In this document: positions 30,450 through 41,991 of the stretch, in pieces
How the letters are laid out: each line of letters starts with the position of its first letter
How positions within the stretch are numbered: position 1 is the stretch's first letter
NCBI GenBank assembly: GCA_036166355.1
Contig: JAYZHR010000052.1
Span: 1 to 54,414, forward strand
DNA: 54,414 bases
From: Verrucomicrobiota bacterium
GTDB taxonomy: Bacteria; Verrucomicrobiota; Verrucomicrobiia; Limisphaerales; UBA1096
Direction of reading: 5' to 3'
The notes under the pieces: generated by a model
The model's database searches: none
What the model was told of the DNA's origin: nothing
What the model saw: the letters and a program-made list of their open reading frames with translations, nothing else
Made by a program: the position numbers and the translations under genes

Positions 30450-32375
30450 CTACTCAGTTTTAAACACAGTTGTAAACTCAGAGTTATCTATAGGCTTGGC
30501 ATATAACTTAATATATGGCGCCCGAGTAGTCTTCATGAAACAAGGAGAAACAATTCCTCCAAACTCATCAGTAGGCTTACCTGAATCTGGCTCATAAAGT
30601 TCAATATCAGACCAACCCTCTCCTATCTCAATAGTAATGTTCGTTAGACTTGAAACGATTCGAAAAGACAACTTCCCAATTTGCTCAATCCTACAATTTG
30701 GAGCAAACTGCCAACGAACACTAAATTCACCCAATCGACCAATCTTCTCTTCACATGAATCACGGATAAACCAACCTTGATTATTACCCTTCAACGGTTC
30801 AATTGTCCTAGACAACGCACCCCCATCAATCCGCACCTCCATCTCCAGAATATCACCATTAAAAGTCCATAATGGACGAGAATGAATATCTCGCCAGAGA
30901 AATAACCCTTCACGCAAGGCCAAATCTACCGAATTAGAACTAGGGCCATTATGCGCATCTCGCGAAGCTAACCAATTACGAAGTAATGGGTTTCCATGAT
31001 AATCACCTGTCCCAGGATCTATCACAATTGCAGCATCATTAAACCAAAGCGATATTTGCTGTGCGTCAAGATGCCCATGAGCAGCCATAGATCCTGAGCC
31101 TAAAGGAGATACATCGACCCTAGCCTTCCACCCACCATTCTCTTTTACTAAAAATCCGGTTTCAGAAAACACTTTCCACCCATTATATTCCTGAACAAAA
31201 TCGGGCATTTGTATCGATTCAATAAATTGACCTCGCATAAAGTAATAAAAAGATGCATCGCCGGACTGTCCAATTAACCATTGATACCATTCACTAGATG
31301 CCATCCTCTCATCCAAAAACCAAGGCATCACATAAGCCCCATCCGAATCACCATAATCCCAAGGGGCTGAAGGAACTTGAACCTCTTTATAATAGAAAGC
31401 TGCCAGACCTAGACGTTCCTCAATACAAGCCCGTTGCTTTGAAGATAAAGCTCCTACAGTATCAAGCGCATGAAACGCCTCCCAACTGAACTCCCAAGAA
31501 TAATAATGATAATTTAAGCCTTGCTCAAAATTACCGCCATCAGGATTAAACTGAATCAATGTCTCACGTTCTATTAATGAGCTTAATTTAGTCAGACTTG
31601 GCCCAATTTTTTCCAGGTCTGGCCAGCGAGAAATAGCCAACACCAAACCACTTAATTCGCCTAATAAATGATTATTTGCAGATGAACCAAAGGAACGATG
31701 CCTCCATGTAAACCATACATGTGGCAAAAGCACTTCCTTACGCAACAGAACCAACCTTCTTTCTAAATCCTTACTAGACTCACCTTTGTAGGCTGTAATA
31801 AAAGCATCTATCCAGGTAAATGCTATTAGTCTCATCCCAGATTCAAGAGCACTAGTCCAATGCCAACCGAAATATGCAGGATTTTTTTTCACCCAATCTT
31901 CAAGCCATTCCAAGGCCTGTGCTCCATATTTACTTTCAGAAAGTAACCAGCAGGCCTGTGCTAATCTAACCGCTCCATACCAACGACTTGGCTCCCATAA
32001 TGGCTTAATAGCCGCCCCGGAAGGCAATTGCCTGTGATCAAGCTTAAAAGAAATCTTGTCCGTAGGAACATCGACTCCAGCCTGATAATCTCGATGCCAA
32101 ATAGGTGGGGAATCAACGGTGACATCCAAATGCCCATAGAAACGAAGCTTACCAGAGGCAATTCTTTCGGCATCATTTTTTATAGCTTCCAGAAGTCTGC
32201 CAGGGGCCTCATCACACGAAGGAAGCACAGGATAAGAAGATGCACTAAATTCCAACTGAGGCCATTGACGAGGATTAGAATCAGACAATTCAAACCACTT
32301 TTTACGCAGCCGTAATGCTATCTCCACTGGCCCCATCGCTAGCAGGCGATGCCAGTACCATTTTAATCCAGGCAT
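30450..32375 (-). CDS. Heparinase II/III family protein
   Basis: IKPLWEPSR, WHWTSALE, SSANNHL, EQ..NYH, HGHLDAQ, IDPGT and AHN. No clear signal peptide. Confidence 0.85.
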   Translation of the reverse strand: MPGLKWYWHRLLAMGPVEIALRLRKKWFELSDSNPRQWPQLEFSASSYPVLPSCDEAPGRLLEAIKNDAERIASGKLRFYGHLDVTVDSPPIWHRDYQAGVDVPTDKISFKLDHRQLPSGAAIKPLWEPSRWYGAVRLAQACWLLSESKYGAQALEWLEDWVKKNPAYFGWHWTSALESGMRLIAFTWIDAFITAYKGESSKDLERRLVLLRKEVLLPHVWFTWRHRSFGSSANNHLLGELSGLVLAISRWPDLEKIGPSLTKLSSLIERETLIQFNPDGGNFEQGLNYHYYSWEFSWEAFHALDTVGALSSKQRACIEERLGLAAFYYKEVQVPSAPWDYGDSDGAYVMPWFLDERMASSEWYQWLIGQSGDASFYYFMRGQFIESIQMPDFVQEYNGWKVFSETGFLVKENGGWKARVDVSPLGSGSMAAHGHLDAQQISLWFNDAAIVIDPGTGDYHGNPLLRNWLASRDAHNGPSSNSVDLALREGLFLWRDIHSRPLWTFNGDILEMEVRIDGGALSRTIEPLKGNNQGWFIRDSCEEKIGRLGEFSVRWQFAPNCRIEQIGKLSFRIVSSLTNITIEIGEGWSDIELYEPDSGKPTDEFGGIVSPCFMKTTRAPYIKLYAKPIDNSEFTTVFKTE

Positions 32376-32387
32376 TGCGGGCGCTTA

Positions 32388-33269
32388 TTAGCGCCTGGGA
32401 CTAGTAGTGCGCTCCTGCAACCAAACAACATCCTGATTATTAGGCTGAGGCTGGTTGAGTGGAATAGTTCCATTTTTCTTCAATGGAGGAACAGTCCTTG
32501 AATCCTGCCATTTTTTGATTTCTGCATGCCCATCCGCAAAGGACAAACCAGCAGCATTGTTATGATAGCTAGCAGGATAATCGACCATGATTGTTCGCTT
32601 TGGGTCAGGATAACCCGGCATCCATATAACAAAAAAACCGTCATTAATACTATCCATTCGCTCATCAATCATCACCCAGACCTGCGAAGCCCCATGAGCA
32701 GACATATCACTACGCTTTAAGAACATAGTGCCATCTCTTGGCCCACCAAACCATGTATGATGTCCATTGCTCCGGCCGTTTTGCCCATCTCCACCTACCC
32801 AAGCACTCATTGACATGCTTCTTACTCTAGGTTTGATCCCATACTTCTTCCCCGCATTAACGGTACTAGTATCAGCCGGACAACGAAACACCGCAGAATT
32901 ACTTCCAACATGCTTCCAAAGCGGACTGCGGCGCAGTGCCTGAGCGTGCATCGGGTCCCAATTTCTCGGGTGAGCATCGTAACCAAGTGAAATATTACCC
33001 ATCCAACCCCATTCATAAGTTGGCCTATTACCACTACCAAGGTCACCATAAGCCCAAGTTACACGATCATCACTATCATCCGCATAAAATGACCAAGCCA
33101 TCATTAGCTGTTTATTGTTGTTCACACAGGAAATTCCATGCGCCTTGGTTTTAGCCTTCGCTAGTGCAGGCAAAAGCATGCCTGCAAGAATTGCTATAAT
33201 TGCAATCACCACTAGTAATTCGATAAGAGTGAATGCACTATTATTGCTGTTAATACGTTTTACTTTCAT
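32388..33269 (-). CDS. Prepilin-type N-terminal cleavage/methylation protein with H-X9-DG motif (DUF1559-like)
   Basis: SA|[39 protein letters not shown] and [13 protein letters not shown]. Confidence 0.93.
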   Translation of the reverse strand: MKVKRINSNNSAFTLIELLVVIAIIAILAGMLLPALAKAKTKAHGISCVNNNKQLMMAWSFYADDSDDRVTWAYGDLGSGNRPTYEWGWMGNISLGYDAHPRNWDPMHAQALRRSPLWKHVGSNSAVFRCPADTSTVNAGKKYGIKPRVRSMSMSAWVGGDGQNGRSNGHHTWFGGPRDGTMFLKRSDMSAHGASQVWVMIDERMDSINDGFFVIWMPGYPDPKRTIMVDYPASYHNNAAGLSFADGHAEIKKWQDSRTVPPLKKNGTIPLNQPQPNNQDVVWLQERTTSPRR

Positions 33270-33283
33270 TCTATATGTTCAAA

Positions 33284-34063
33284 TTAAGTTCCGTTTTTAG
33301 AATTTGGCACACACCAGAGCCGACCCGGCCTACGTTTCAACTCCTGCTTATACCATTCAAATTTCATAAACTCTACACTCCCCCCAAACAACCCAGTAAC
33401 AGCGCCTTCACTGTGCCTCTTACTAATACCCTCCGAAAATATTTCCTGACCACCCTCTATGTAAATCTGCCCAGGAGTACTAGAGGCATCATTAAAATTA
33501 AAAATACGACGTTCATCTGGAGCCCAGAATAAAACATCCTCTGAATCAAATTGATTGCGCTTGTGGGTTTTATTATTAAACCAACCATTGGAAAATTTTC
33601 CAACGACTCCATTCATAACATAACTTGTAGTGTCTTGCAGGCCTTGCTTACGTCGAGATTCAATATCCTTAGCCTTTTCCGCAAGACAATAGAAAGATCC
33701 TTTATTGCTGACATATGTCCAGAGTTGTCCTTGTTCAGCACGAAAGTAAGACTCACCTTTTGGCACATTACGCGTAGTATATTTATAAGCCCAACCTTCA
33801 GTCTGAACACCCCAATTGGGATAAGGCAAATAATCCTCTTGATCATCAGTATACATATGAACACCCAACACAAGCTGCTTTTGGTTATTAATACAGTTTG
33901 TTCTCTGAGCTTGGCTTTTTGCCTTAGCTAAAGCTGGAAGCAACATTCCAGCTAATATTGCAATTATTGCAATAACCACCAATAACTCAATAAGAGTAAA
34001 CCCAAAATCATAACGAACCTCTTTACGAGATCTCCATCTGTCATTTAAGTCCATCATCTTCAT
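33284..34063 (-). CDS. Prepilin-type N-terminal cleavage/methylation protein (DUF1559-like, variant H-X9-GG)
   Basis: FG|[36 protein letters not shown] and [16 protein letters not shown]. Confidence 0.92.
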   Translation of the reverse strand: MKMMDLNDRWRSRKEVRYDFGFTLIELLVVIAIIAILAGMLLPALAKAKSQAQRTNCINNQKQLVLGVHMYTDDQEDYLPYPNWGVQTEGWAYKYTTRNVPKGESYFRAEQGQLWTYVSNKGSFYCLAEKAKDIESRRKQGLQDTTSYVMNGVVGKFSNGWFNNKTHKRNQFDSEDVLFWAPDERRIFNFNDASSTPGQIYIEGGQEIFSEGISKRHSEGAVTGLFGGSVEFMKFEWYKQELKRRPGRLWCVPNSKNGT

Positions 34064-34081
34064 GTCATTGGTAAAAACAGG

Positions 34082-34110
34082 ATAATACGCAGATAAAACT
34101 ATGCTTGCAA
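34082..34110 (-). promoter_or_regulatory. Sigma70-like promoter for the pilin-like gene pair
   Basis: Minus strand TTGCAA-N17-TATTAT. Confidence 0.55.
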
Positions 34111-34128
34111 TACCGCCATTATATTAAA

Positions 34129-35529
34129 TTAATCCAATCTTTTCAGCCATGATCGAAGCTGTTTTTTTACTTCTCTGGAGCCAGTAGACCCCGCAATAAC
34201 TCTTTTATCCAAAGCTTTCTTTAAATTGAATACACTCAAGGCGTCTTCCTTGAATTTTTTACTAACAGTTCGCAATTCCTTTAGATTCAACAAGTTTAAT
34301 GGTTTATTTAATTTTTCAGAGAAAGCGACCAATTCTCCAACGATGTGGTGTGCCTCTCGAAATGGGACTTTTTGATTAACTAGATAATCAGCCAAATCTG
34401 TAGCCAATAATTCCGAATCGCTTGCAGCAGCATTGCAAGTTTCCACATTAACAGAAACATTCCCCAATAGAGCTGCCATTATACGAACTGTAGAACGAAT
34501 CGTATCCACACTATCAAAAAGCCGCTCCTTATCTTCTTGAAGATCACGGTTATAGGTCATGGGCAATCCCTTCAAAAGAGTCAACAAGGACATTAGATTC
34601 CCCACTAATCTTCCACTTTTACCTCTAGCAATTTCAGCAATATCAGGATTTTTCTTTTGAGGCATCAACGAAGATCCTGTTGTGTACTTATCGGAAATCC
34701 GAATAAAATCAAACTCCTTGGATGACCAAAGTATAAGATCCTCAGCCAAACGCGATAAATGCACTCCAACCATCGAAGCAACAAAACAAAACTCAACAGC
34801 AAAATCTCGATCACTAACTGCATCCATTGAGTTTTGGGAAACAACAGGACGACCTTTAGCATCTTCAAAACCTAAAAACACAGCAACCTGCTTGCGATCT
34901 AATGCTAATGTTGACCCTGCTAATGCGCCGCTACCAAGAGGGCATACATTTACACGAGAAAACGCATCAAGGAGCCTTTCATGATCACGAGCAAACATCT
35001 CTACATAAGCTAATAAATGATGAGCAAAATAAACTGGCTGAGCCCGTTGAAGATGTGTATAGCCAGGTATAATCACCTCAATGTTTTCCTGCCCAAGCTT
35101 AACAAGAGTTTTTTGAAGACGCCCAATTTCCACCTCCAATTCAACCATCTCATCCCGAAGCCACATTCTCATATCAAGTGCAACTTGATCATTCCTTGAC
35201 CTTGCAGTATGCAACTTTGCACCTGCCGGCTCACGACGAGTTAATTCTGATTCTATGTTCATATGAACATCCTCAAGAGACTCGTCCCAATCAAATCCAC
35301 CTGACTCAATATCATCCCCAATTGCCTCAAGAGTTTTAATGATCCGTTTGGTCTCAGACTTGGACAATACTCCTATACTACCTAGCATAGTAGCATGAGC
35401 AATCGACCCGAGCAGGTCATGCCGCCATAACCGGCGGTCAAAGGAGATTGACTCGGTATACTTAGCCACATCCTCCCCCAACCCACTGCTGAACCGCCCA
35501 CTACGGGACAATGGAGATTTCTTATTCAT
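34129..35529 (-). CDS. argH: Argininosuccinate lyase
   Basis: EDVHMNIE, HTARSRNDQ, PGYTHLQRAQP, GSSLMPQKKNPD and YNRDLQEDK. Confidence 0.98.
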   Translation of the reverse strand: MNKKSPLSRSGRFSSGLGEDVAKYTESISFDRRLWRHDLLGSIAHATMLGSIGVLSKSETKRIIKTLEAIGDDIESGGFDWDESLEDVHMNIESELTRREPAGAKLHTARSRNDQVALDMRMWLRDEMVELEVEIGRLQKTLVKLGQENIEVIIPGYTHLQRAQPVYFAHHLLAYVEMFARDHERLLDAFSRVNVCPLGSGALAGSTLALDRKQVAVFLGFEDAKGRPVVSQNSMDAVSDRDFAVEFCFVASMVGVHLSRLAEDLILWSSKEFDFIRISDKYTTGSSLMPQKKNPDIAEIARGKSGRLVGNLMSLLTLLKGLPMTYNRDLQEDKERLFDSVDTIRSTVRIMAALLGNVSVNVETCNAAASDSELLATDLADYLVNQKVPFREAHHIVGELVAFSEKLNKPLNLLNLKELRTVSKKFKEDALSVFNLKKALDKRVIAGSTGSREVKKQLRSWLKRLD

Positions 35530-35612
35530 CCGAAGAAGGTTTTACGGCAGGGAAAGAAGGTTTAAAACTAAAAACCCTACTAACTGATGCAAAACTATTA
35601 ATCTCTAAAACT

Positions 35613-35641
35613 TTGACGTGATAGCAAGCTTGCCTTAGCGT
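35613..35641 (+). promoter_or_regulatory. Sigma70-like promoter of secA
   Basis: TTGACG (35613-35618)-N17-TAGCGT (35636-35641). A second extended -10, TGtTAGAAT, lies at 35653-35661. Confidence 0.45.
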
Positions 35642-35665
35642 CCTGACCCATTTGTTAGAATTTAT

Positions 35666-38600
35666 ATGGGCTTTCTTAAAAAAATATTTCCCAGTAAGAA
35701 CGATCGGGTTGTTAATAAATACAAATCCCGAGTTAATACCATTAACCAATTAGAAATTGAGCTGCAAAAACTATCAGATGATGACCTCAGAAAAAAAACT
35801 GAAGAGTGGAAATTGCAGCTCATAGAGATTGAAGATAATAATCAGCTTGCCCGTGAACTAGAAAAAATACTGCCTGAGGCATTTGCAACAGTAAAGAATG
35901 CGTGCCGTCGCCTTTGTGGAAGCAAGATAAATGTTCGAGGTAATGATATCGACTGGGAGATGATTCCATATGATGTGCAACTCGTTGGCGGAATGGCTCT
36001 GCATAATAACAGCATAGCAGAAATGGCCACCGGCGAGGGAAAGACTCTCGTTGCCACACTTCCAGTTTACCTAAATGCACTCACAGGAAGAGGAGTTCAC
36101 ATTGTAACAGTCAACGATTATCTCGCTCAACGCGACAGCGAATGGATGGGGGCAATTTATAAATTCTTAGGGTTAAGTGTTGGGTGCATCATTCATGATA
36201 TGAACCCAGCCCAACGTCGTGAACAATATAACTGTGATATCACTTACGGAACTAATTCTGAATTCGGATTTGACTACTTGCGCGATAACGGGATGGCAGG
36301 CAGACCAGAAGACCAAGTACAGCGCCAGCATTATTTTGCCATAGTAGATGAAGTTGACTCTATCCTCATTGATGAAGCTCGCACACCTCTCATTATTAGT
36401 GGCCCAGCTGCAGCGAGCCTCGACAAGGAATACAGACAGGCAAATCCAAAGATAAAAAGCCTAGTGCAAGCTCAACATAAACTGGTAACTGGCTACCTAA
36501 TTGAAGCAGAAAAAATAAGTAATATTTTATTAAATGAACCTCCCAAGGAAGACATCACTGAGCTGGAACAGCAAATAGGACTATTACTTTACAAAGCCCG
36601 GCTTGGAGAACCTAAAAGTGCTCGACTCATGAAACTTTTAGAGGAGCCACAAAACCAAAAACTTATAGATAAAGCCGAGCTCTCATTACACGCTGATCAG
36701 TCTAAAAAAGAACTTTACGACCAAAAAGAGGAGCTGTTTTTCGGGATTGAAGAAAAGAGTCACGATGCCGACCTAACAGAAAAAGGCCGCAGTTTCTTGA
36801 ATCCAAAAGACTCAGAAGCATTTATGCTTCCAGACTTAACTGAGGCTCAACATGGAATAGACACGAACGAATCACTTGACGCCCAATCACGCATAGCTGC
36901 AAAAACAAAACTGCAAGACGAATTCAAGTCAAAGGCTGAAACAATTCACATCACAGGGCAGCTCCTCAAGGCATACAGTCTTTATATTCGCGATGTTGCA
37001 TATGTCGTACAGGAAAATAAAGTTATTATAGTTGATGAGCACACTGGCCGAGCCATGCCAGGGCGACGGTGGAGTGACGGGCTTCATCAAGCAGTAGAAG
37101 CTAAAGAAGGAGTTACAATCGAACAAGAAACTCAAACTCTTGCAACCATCACTATTCAAAACTATTTTCGACTTTATACCAAACTAGCTGGAATGACAGG
37201 TACAGCTGCCACTGAAGCGCATGAGTTCTTTGATATATACAAACTAGACGTCCGAACAATTCCAACACATCGAGAATGCATCCGCGATGACTCCAACGAC
37301 TCCATCTACAAAACTAAACGTGAAAAATATAATTCAGTTTTAGAGGAAATAAAAAACATCAACAGACAAGGGCGGCCTATTCTGGTTGGAACCGTCTCAG
37401 TAGAAGTCAGCGAGCACATTTCAAAATTACTCAAGAAAAACGGCATAATTCATAGCGTTCTCAATGCCAAATACCATGAACAGGAAGCCGAGATTATAGC
37501 GCGAGCCGGCTTTAAAGGCGCTGTTACTATTGCCACAAACATGGCCGGCCGTGGAACTGACATTAAACTTGGGGAAGGCATTGAAGAGCTTGGAGGATTA
37601 CATGTAATTGGAACAGAAAGACACGAATCAAGACGCATTGACAGGCAGCTTCGTGGTCGCTGCGCCCGACAAGGTGATGCCGGATCAACACATTTCTTCC
37701 TATCTCTTGAAGATGATTTATTACGCCTTTTCGCCAGCGGAAACAAAATGTTTTCTATGGTTGAAAAAGGAATGGAAGAAGGCCAACCACTTGAGAGCCG
37801 AATGCTAAACCCCGCAATTCAAAAGGCTCAACAAAATGTCGAAAAACATCATTTTCAAATCCGAAAACGCACACTTGAGTATGACGATGTAATGAACAAA
37901 CAACGTGCTGAGATTTATGGATTTAGAAATGAAATAATGCAGACCGAAAAAGTTCAAGGCGAGCTACTTAATATTATGGATCGTGTAATTACAGACAAGA
38001 TCCAACAATGCTGCAACAGAGACCTTGATCCAACCAACTGGGAATTACAACAGCTTGCTGATTGGGCTACATTAACCTTCCCAATAGCAGTCACTATAGA
38101 AGGACTAACACAACTGGCTGAAGGTACTAATAGCGGTGAAACAAAATCTACTGATGATTCAGAACTAAATCCAAATCAAACTGTAATATTTAAAGATATA
38201 TCTACTAAAGCCAAAGAAGCCTACAAACTGAAAATTAGCTTTGAGGAACACGATGCGCTTACAACTGTTGAACGCCATACAATCCTCAATTCTATTGACC
38301 GACTATGGCAAGAACATCTTTATGAGATGGACAGCCTAAGATACAGCATTGGCCTCCGGGCATATGGCCAACGAGACCCAATTCTTGAATATAAGGCAGA
38401 GGGGTATAAAATGTTTGAAGAACTTCAAGTGAATATCTGGAGTGATATTTGTCAAAATATTTTCCGTAGTGCCTCTAGCGTTGAAGCATTTCACAGCTTC
38501 CTAAGAAATTTACCCTCCAAAGAAATACACCAAAGTTCAAGCGCATTCGGTGCTGAAGAACGTCGGGCTGCAAATGAAGCAAGTGACATGGTTAACGAGG

Positions 38601-38710
38601 CAACTGACACAATGGTTAAAGCCGAACCGGTACGAGCCTCTGTAAAGGTAGGACGAAATGACCCTTGTCCATGCGGTAGTGGTAAAAAATACAAAAAGTG
38701 CTGTGGATAA
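35666..38710 (+). CDS. secA: Preprotein translocase ATPase SecA
   Basis: [49 protein letters not shown] and the SEC-C motif [13 protein letters not shown]. Confidence 0.99.
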   Translation: MGFLKKIFPSKNDRVVNKYKSRVNTINQLEIELQKLSDDDLRKKTEEWKLQLIEIEDNNQLARELEKILPEAFATVKNACRRLCGSKINVRGNDIDWEMIPYDVQLVGGMALHNNSIAEMATGEGKTLVATLPVYLNALTGRGVHIVTVNDYLAQRDSEWMGAIYKFLGLSVGCIIHDMNPAQRREQYNCDITYGTNSEFGFDYLRDNGMAGRPEDQVQRQHYFAIVDEVDSILIDEARTPLIISGPAAASLDKEYRQANPKIKSLVQAQHKLVTGYLIEAEKISNILLNEPPKEDITELEQQIGLLLYKARLGEPKSARLMKLLEEPQNQKLIDKAELSLHADQSKKELYDQKEELFFGIEEKSHDADLTEKGRSFLNPKDSEAFMLPDLTEAQHGIDTNESLDAQSRIAAKTKLQDEFKSKAETIHITGQLLKAYSLYIRDVAYVVQENKVIIVDEHTGRAMPGRRWSDGLHQAVEAKEGVTIEQETQTLATITIQNYFRLYTKLAGMTGTAATEAHEFFDIYKLDVRTIPTHRECIRDDSNDSIYKTKREKYNSVLEEIKNINRQGRPILVGTVSVEVSEHISKLLKKNGIIHSVLNAKYHEQEAEIIARAGFKGAVTIATNMAGRGTDIKLGEGIEELGGLHVIGTERHESRRIDRQLRGRCARQGDAGSTHFFLSLEDDLLRLFASGNKMFSMVEKGMEEGQPLESRMLNPAIQKAQQNVEKHHFQIRKRTLEYDDVMNKQRAEIYGFRNEIMQTEKVQGELLNIMDRVITDKIQQCCNRDLDPTNWELQQLADWATLTFPIAVTIEGLTQLAEGTNSGETKSTDDSELNPNQTVIFKDISTKAKEAYKLKISFEEHDALTTVERHTILNSIDRLWQEHLYEMDSLRYSIGLRAYGQRDPILEYKAEGYKMFEELQVNIWSDICQNIFRSASSVEAFHSFLRNLPSKEIHQSSSAFGAEERRAANEASDMVNEATDTMVKAEPVRASVKVGRNDPCPCGSGKKYKKCCG

Positions 38711-38743
38711 AACCTCCGATGCATCTTCCAGAATCATATCTTC

Positions 38744-38777
38744 AAAAAAAAATCCGAGTCATTTCATGACTCGGATT
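38744..38777 (-). terminator. Intrinsic terminator between convergent secA and oxidoreductase genes
   Basis: 12-bp stem AATCCGAGTCAT-ttc-ATGACTCGGATT, with an A-tract on the left giving a U-tract on the minus strand. Confidence 0.8.
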
Positions 38778-38799
38778 GACAATTGATTTAAATCTTAAT

Positions 38800-40152
38800 T
38801 TAAGCCTTCTCAACTCCAAAACGGGTTTTACCAGGAATCGCTATAGCATATCTGCCATTTTCATCGGGCAATGTTGGCGGCGCCGCCTCCCAACCAAGAA
38901 TTTCTGGCATTGTATTCTCATCTGAATTCAATGCCTCTTCTGCAGTAACCATTCGACCAGAATAAGTAGCCATTCGCCCCATTACAGATGTAAGAGAACT
39001 GTAGGCACCGTATTCAGCTTCATTAAAAGGCTTATTATTCCTGATCGCATCAAATAAATCATCATGCTCTTGCTGGTAAGGGTTTTTTCCACCTCCTCCA
39101 AAGCGCCATATTGTTTTCCCATTATTATCAGTCAACATATGCGGACCACTCACAGTACCCCGACCTTTAGTTCCCTGAACGTGTTCTGAGACACTGTTCC
39201 AGCAACCACGAATATGACGACATTGACTAAACATGTAGCTTCCATCGTCATATTTATACTCAACGGCATGATGGTCATATATTTCGCCATGATCGATACC
39301 CCTACGAACCTCCCTACCCCCTAAACCTTGGCAACTTGTTGGATGAGTTCCTTTAATCCAGTTAATTACGTCCAAATTATGAATGTGCTGCTCAGTTATA
39401 TGATCTCCACATAACCAAACAAAATAGTACCAATTCCTCATTTGATACTCCATTTCTGTCAACTTACGGCCTGCTGATTGCTCAAACTTTTTACGTTCAC
39501 GCACCCATACACCACCTCCATTCCAATAAGCACGTGCTGAAACGATATCACCAATTGCTCCATCATGTATCCGCTTGACTACTTCTTGATAACCAAGCTG
39601 ATGATGACGCTGCAAACCAACGCCGACTTTTAATTCTTTTCTCTTAGCCTCTTTAGCAGCAGCAAGAACTTGCCGAACCCCTTTGCCATCTACTGCAACA
39701 GGCTTCTCCATGAAGACATGTTTACCTTGTTTTATCGCCTCAGCAAAATGCACAGGACGAAAGCCCGGCGGAGTCGCAAGGATAACCATATCAGCCAATT
39801 CTATTGCTTTTTTATAAGCATCAAATCCAATAAATTTGTTTTCATCTTTAACATCAACCTTTAACCCATGTGCACGCTGCAACCCTTTCTGGCTACTATC
39901 CATACGATCCTTAAAAGCATCAGCCATCGCAACAAGCTTAACATCTCCATTTGTACTAAGAGCTTGATTGGCAGCACCAGACCCACGCCCGCCACACCCA
40001 ATTAAGGCAACCTTGACCGTTTCACTGGACTGTGCAAATGCGGCACGATCAATCGACAAACTACCAACAGCAGCCGCAGCTGCACCTGTCTTTATAAAAT
40101 CACGGCGATCCAGCGGTGAATTTTCACGAGGAGCTTTTTTAGTTTTTTTCAT
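38800..40152 (-). CDS. Tat-exported Gfo/Idh/MocA family oxidoreductase
   Basis: DRRDFIK twin-arginine signal, LIGCGGRGSGA, ATPPGFRP, FMEKPVAVD and EQHIHNLD. Confidence 0.93.
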   Translation of the reverse strand: MKKTKKAPRENSPLDRRDFIKTGAAAAAVGSLSIDRAAFAQSSETVKVALIGCGGRGSGAANQALSTNGDVKLVAMADAFKDRMDSSQKGLQRAHGLKVDVKDENKFIGFDAYKKAIELADMVILATPPGFRPVHFAEAIKQGKHVFMEKPVAVDGKGVRQVLAAAKEAKRKELKVGVGLQRHHQLGYQEVVKRIHDGAIGDIVSARAYWNGGGVWVRERKKFEQSAGRKLTEMEYQMRNWYYFVWLCGDHITEQHIHNLDVINWIKGTHPTSCQGLGGREVRRGIDHGEIYDHHAVEYKYDDGSYMFSQCRHIRGCWNSVSEHVQGTKGRGTVSGPHMLTDNNGKTIWRFGGGGKNPYQQEHDDLFDAIRNNKPFNEAEYGAYSSLTSVMGRMATYSGRMVTAEEALNSDENTMPEILGWEAAPPTLPDENGRYAIAIPGKTRFGVEKA

Positions 40153-40192
40153 AAATTAAAATCAAATAATGGTAAAGGAACAGGCAGAGAAT

Positions 40193-41926
40193 TTAATCTG
40201 GTTCACCCTCAGTTGTCCAATACTTATGCATTTCCTCTGAGGACGGTATAATGAGAGGACGCAATACGCGAAACCCAAGAAATTGTGCATCAGTATGATA
40301 CCAGATACTTTTTGGCAATTGAGGATCCTGGAATTTCCAATCAGGGGTTGATGCAATGCGATAGGCACTACGCAGCTTTTCCGGCTTATCCATCCAAGAT
40401 CCACCTCTTGCTGTTCTTGGATAAAGGTCTTTACCATAACGAAAAGGATTGGAAACTACTCCCTCATATGTTCCGTATATATCATCCACGTACTGATCAA
40501 CTGTCCACTCACTTACATTACCATGCATATCATGCAATCCCCATGCATTCGGCTTCTTCGTACCAACCTTCTGGTATTTAAAATTACTGTTTCCATCGTG
40601 CCAGGCGTATTCATCAAGTTCAGCAATATCATCTCCGAAACTATAAGCTGTTTGACTTCCTGCCCTACAGGCATATTCCCACTCTGCTTCAGTCGGCAAA
40701 CGATAGTAATGACCTGTCTTTGCAGTAAGCCACTTACAATAAGTATTGGCTGCATGCTGAGTCATACTGATAGCCGGAAACCCATCCGTACCCATACCAA
40801 AACTCATTTCAACATATGGTGTGGTAGGCCGAGCAACAGCGTCTGAAACTGCATTTAACTCCGGCTTATAGCCACGAAGCTTCATAACCATTTTTTCCTC
40901 CTCTTGATACATAAAAAGAGTATAGCAATTCCATGTTGTTTCAGTTTTTGCCATCCAAAATGGATTGATCTTAACTTTATGCTGAGGCCCTTCATTAGGA
41001 CTACGTCCTTTTTCACCATCTGGGCTACCCATTACAAATTCTCCACTGGGAACTGGTACCATCTCGAACTTCACACCAGTACCAGGAATTTCATCAGTAT
41101 ATGGTTTCATTGTTGGCTCAAGTTGCTGAATTAACTGACCAACCGCTTTGATACGAATATCGATTACTTCCTTTGGAGCACTAGAAACGGTTTCCACGCT
41201 AACTTGACTATCCCCAGAGTCACGACGTACAGGCTCTAATTTAACCCCTTCTGGCCAAGATGCCCCCTGCACAATCCAATCTCTAATCAGTTCTATTTGA
41301 TCAGTTTTTAATGGACCTCCTTTCTTGGACGGGGGCATTAAGTCTTCATGATCTGCTGGTAAAATAATAGTTTGATACAGGGTGCTTTTGTCTAAATCAA
41401 AGGGAACAACAGACGATTCAAAAGCATATTGACGTTCATCTAGACGTAAATCACCTTTATCGTGTCCTTCCCGATGACAACTCAAACAATTTGTTTCTAA
41501 TATCGGTTTAACATCCTTTACAAAATCAATACGCCTCACCTGCTTTAGAACCATTCCTTTCGGCCACTTCGCCCCAGCAGCAATCCATTCTTTCAATACA
41601 TTCGCTTGATCTTCAGATAAAAATGGAGCTTTTGGAGGCATAACTTCATCAGCATCCGGAGGAAGAATAGTAGTTGTATAAAGAGTACTGTCTGCAGGCT
41701 TACCCGGAACAATCACATCCCCATATTCACTACCTTCAAGAAGGCCTTCATGAGTGTGCAACTGAAGCTCTCCCTTGGGCTTTTTTTCACCATGACAGCT
41801 AAGGCAGGCTGATTCCAATACCGGCTTCACCTGCTTCTCAAAAGAAACCTGTGCCCATACAGCATTACTCAAAACTATTGCAGCAACTCCAGATTGCAAA
41901 AAAAGTCGTAAATTTACTAGCATCAC
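40193..41926 (-). CDS. Exported protein with two Planctomycete-type cytochrome c domains fused to an FGE-sulfatase (SUMF1/EgtB/PvdO) domain
   Basis: Signal peptide; two repeats F...VKP.LE..CLSCH...MPP...WI..GA.WP; then FVMGS, RLPTEAEWEYACRAG, PNAWGLHDMHGNVSEW, RGGSW and GFR. Confidence 0.9.
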   Translation of the reverse strand: MMLVNLRLFLQSGVAAIVLSNAVWAQVSFEKQVKPVLESACLSCHGEKKPKGELQLHTHEGLLEGSEYGDVIVPGKPADSTLYTTTILPPDADEVMPPKAPFLSEDQANVLKEWIAAGAKWPKGMVLKQVRRIDFVKDVKPILETNCLSCHREGHDKGDLRLDERQYAFESSVVPFDLDKSTLYQTIILPADHEDLMPPSKKGGPLKTDQIELIRDWIVQGASWPEGVKLEPVRRDSGDSQVSVETVSSAPKEVIDIRIKAVGQLIQQLEPTMKPYTDEIPGTGVKFEMVPVPSGEFVMGSPDGEKGRSPNEGPQHKVKINPFWMAKTETTWNCYTLFMYQEEEKMVMKLRGYKPELNAVSDAVARPTTPYVEMSFGMGTDGFPAISMTQHAANTYCKWLTAKTGHYYRLPTEAEWEYACRAGSQTAYSFGDDIAELDEYAWHDGNSNFKYQKVGTKKPNAWGLHDMHGNVSEWTVDQYVDDIYGTYEGVVSNPFRYGKDLYPRTARGGSWMDKPEKLRSAYRIASTPDWKFQDPQLPKSIWYHTDAQFLGFRVLRPLIIPSSEEMHKYWTTEGEPD

Positions 41927-41991
41927 AAAAAGGGAGGTAATTTCCGTGCAGAATGATTCAATGTCAATCGACAGTTTGCCTTGAAATAATA

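Noticed and set aside
36460-36940. Long helical insertions in the SecA preprotein-binding region
   Set aside because: To my knowledge, similar expansions are usual in SecA of PVC and Bacteroidota lineages, so this is not treated as novel.
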